Positions 62,333 to 64,000 of a stretch of 64,000 bases of DNA are shown piece after piece. Positions within the stretch are counted from its first letter, which is position 1. Each line of letters opens with the position of its first letter. The translations under genes and the position numbers were made by a program. The notes beneath the pieces are model-generated. The model was given only the letters and a program-made list of their open reading frames with translations, made no database searches and was not told the origin of the DNA. Source of the DNA: an uncultured bacterium (GTDB taxonomy: Bacteria; Chloroflexota; UBA5177; JANWHV01); assembly GCA_963827235.1 (NCBI GenBank), contig CAWHAE010000015.1, positions 1 to 64,000 on the forward strand. The letters run 5' to 3'.

Positions 62333-63481
62333 TCAGCTGTGCCGGGTCGGGGTGCTCGTGGGCACGGGCTTGCCGCCGTAAAGCGGCGAGGCGACGACGG
62401 TACGGTATGCCTTGAGCGCAGAGCTGGACGTGTAGACGCGCCAATCCCCCTTGGCCTTGGACTCGTACCACATCACGGCGCGGATACGCGGCAACAGGCT
62501 CGGCAGCTCGTGCAGGAAGCCCTGGAGAATCCAGTTGGCCTTGCTGCCGCCCTGCTCCACGGATCCGGTCTCGGCGATCATCAGCGGACGCCGTGTGATG
62601 GCAGTCACCTCGGCATAGGAAGCGCCGAACACCTGGTACAGCGTCTGCCACGTGTGGCCGTACGTGGTGCCCCAGTTGTAGCCGTCGAGCGCTACCCAGT
62701 CGACGTAGGCGTCGCCCGGGTAGTCGAGAATGTCCGGCGTGGAGCCGGGGTAGCTGACGTTCACGCACCATACCCACATCGCGTTGTGCACGCCGAGGCT
62801 CGTGAAGATGTCGTGCACGTGGCGCCATGCGGCGACGAAGTCGGCGGGAGTGTTGCCGTCGGGGTTGCCGGGTGTGGTGTTCCAGCTATACCAGTCGCCG
62901 TTCATCTCATGTGCGAACCGCAGGTAAAAGGGATGTCCCCACGCCTTTGCATCGCCGGCGAAGCGGCGAATATAGGAATCGAATGCGCCGTGTGTGATGG
63001 CGCTGAGCTTGTACTTCGGCTGTGAGAGCCCGAGGCTGTAGTCGTTCGGCTGCCAGGTCCACATCGGAGTACTGCCGCGCGCGCGGATGCTGTTCATCAC
63101 CCGCGGATCGAAGTTCGCATAGTGCACCCAGTCGCTGCCGGTGTTGACGATCGCCGGCATGCGACCCACCAGGTGGGCATACCAATCCATGAGTCCAGGA
63201 TCGCTGGTGACATAGTCCCCGTGCTCGTGGATGTACGCGCCGAGGGCGATTGGTCCTGCCGGCGCCGTAGGTTGCGCGGCAGCCTTCGTCTGCACCGGGG
63301 AGGTCACCACGATCCCGCTGGAGGACGATGGTCCACCGAACCTGGTGATCGCGAAGACCGGCAATGCCACGGCAACGAGAAGCAAACCGATCAGGGAGTT
63401 CTCCCACCAGGGTCGCTTGATCCGGGCAGGGATGGCGGCGCGAGCGTTCACAGCAGTAGTGCGGAGCACACGGGTACACAT
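62333..63481 (-). CDS. Glycoside hydrolase family 26 (beta-mannanase-like), N-terminally membrane anchored
   Basis: TM segment; YLRFAHEMNGDWYSW (acid/base Glu), AWRHV, YPGDAYVDWVALDGYN, PLMIAETG (nucleophile). Confidence 0.9.
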   Translation of the reverse strand: MCTRVLRTTAVNARAAIPARIKRPWWENSLIGLLLVAVALPVFAITRFGGPSSSSGIVVTSPVQTKAAAQPTAPAGPIALGAYIHEHGDYVTSDPGLMDWYAHLVGRMPAIVNTGSDWVHYANFDPRVMNSIRARGSTPMWTWQPNDYSLGLSQPKYKLSAITHGAFDSYIRRFAGDAKAWGHPFYLRFAHEMNGDWYSWNTTPGNPDGNTPADFVAAWRHVHDIFTSLGVHNAMWVWCVNVSYPGSTPDILDYPGDAYVDWVALDGYNWGTTYGHTWQTLYQVFGASYAEVTAITRRPLMIAETGSVEQGGSKANWILQGFLHELPSLLPRIRAVMWYESKAKGDWRVYTSSSALKAYRTVVASPLYGGKPVPTSTPTRHS

Positions 63482-64000
63482 CCAGTCGGTTGAGCGATGA
63501 GCGTCCTGTTCCAGTGCTTCTATCCTACCTATACCTTGAGACTTTCGCTAGTCCATCCGCCGGCCACTGCACGCTATCGAGGGTTGCTGGAATGGCGTGC
63601 GCCCGGGGTCCGGAATTGCCGTCTTGCCGTCGTCCTGCGCATCGGCTATCCGTCTTGGCTAGCCCGATTGGTCGTGCAATCGTCCATTCTCTATCGTGAC
63701 TTGCCTTCATCGATCATCATTGTTCTCCCAGCTTTGCCGGCCGGAATGTCTGCGATCTCTACAAGGATCACCTGTCCATAGTCCTGAACACACCTGAATG
63801 GGCTGGCCCATTGGGTTGACGTGTCCGTACCGTTGGTCATAAACATATACATCCGTTCCTGCTATCCATACTGGCCATCCAGAATTGGTGATTGGTTTCT
63901 TCCTAAAACTCGTCCACAGTACGCATGTGGCTTTACGGCAGTATGTTCGACGGGTTGCTTGCCCGCCTGCGTGCGGCGGTCTTGCCAAGCCACACCGGCC

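Overview
The window looks like two unrelated segments joined at about 8.28 kb. Segment 1 (1-~8280) is a diderm-type block: a TolC / lipoprotein adaptor / RND permease efflux operon, an HtrA-like protease and the start of an M13 peptidase. It is full of single-base frameshifts, as expected from uncorrected long-read sequence. It breaks mid-gene and runs in frame into the C-terminal TPR half of an unrelated regulator. Segment 2 (~8281-64000) has mostly intact, GC-rich genes and is Chloroflexota-like (inference only). In order it carries: an oxidative pentonate (Weimberg-type) cluster; a RiPP-type PIMT-like methyltransferase; a LysR regulator divergent from an unannotated 69-aa gene; a 3xGAF histidine kinase operon; kbl and tdh separated by a 10-kb zone of secreted beta-propeller genes and gene relics; a LacI-sensor/PAS/GGDEF/EAL protein; a Fur/Zur-regulated metal ABC operon; a kdp operon with an extra small membrane peptide and a kinase-less KdpD/USP/receiver/KdpE module; an Opp/Dpp-type ABC locus with two permease pairs; and a GH26 hydrolase. 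I found no rRNA, convincing tRNA, CRISPR array or intact mobile element. No single new system is proven. The best leads are the kinase-less Kdp regulatory module, the LysR-controlled small protein, the HK-DUF6941-antitoxin-tail operon, and several structured leaders with minimal uORFs. All family assignments come from motif recognition by eye, not database searches.
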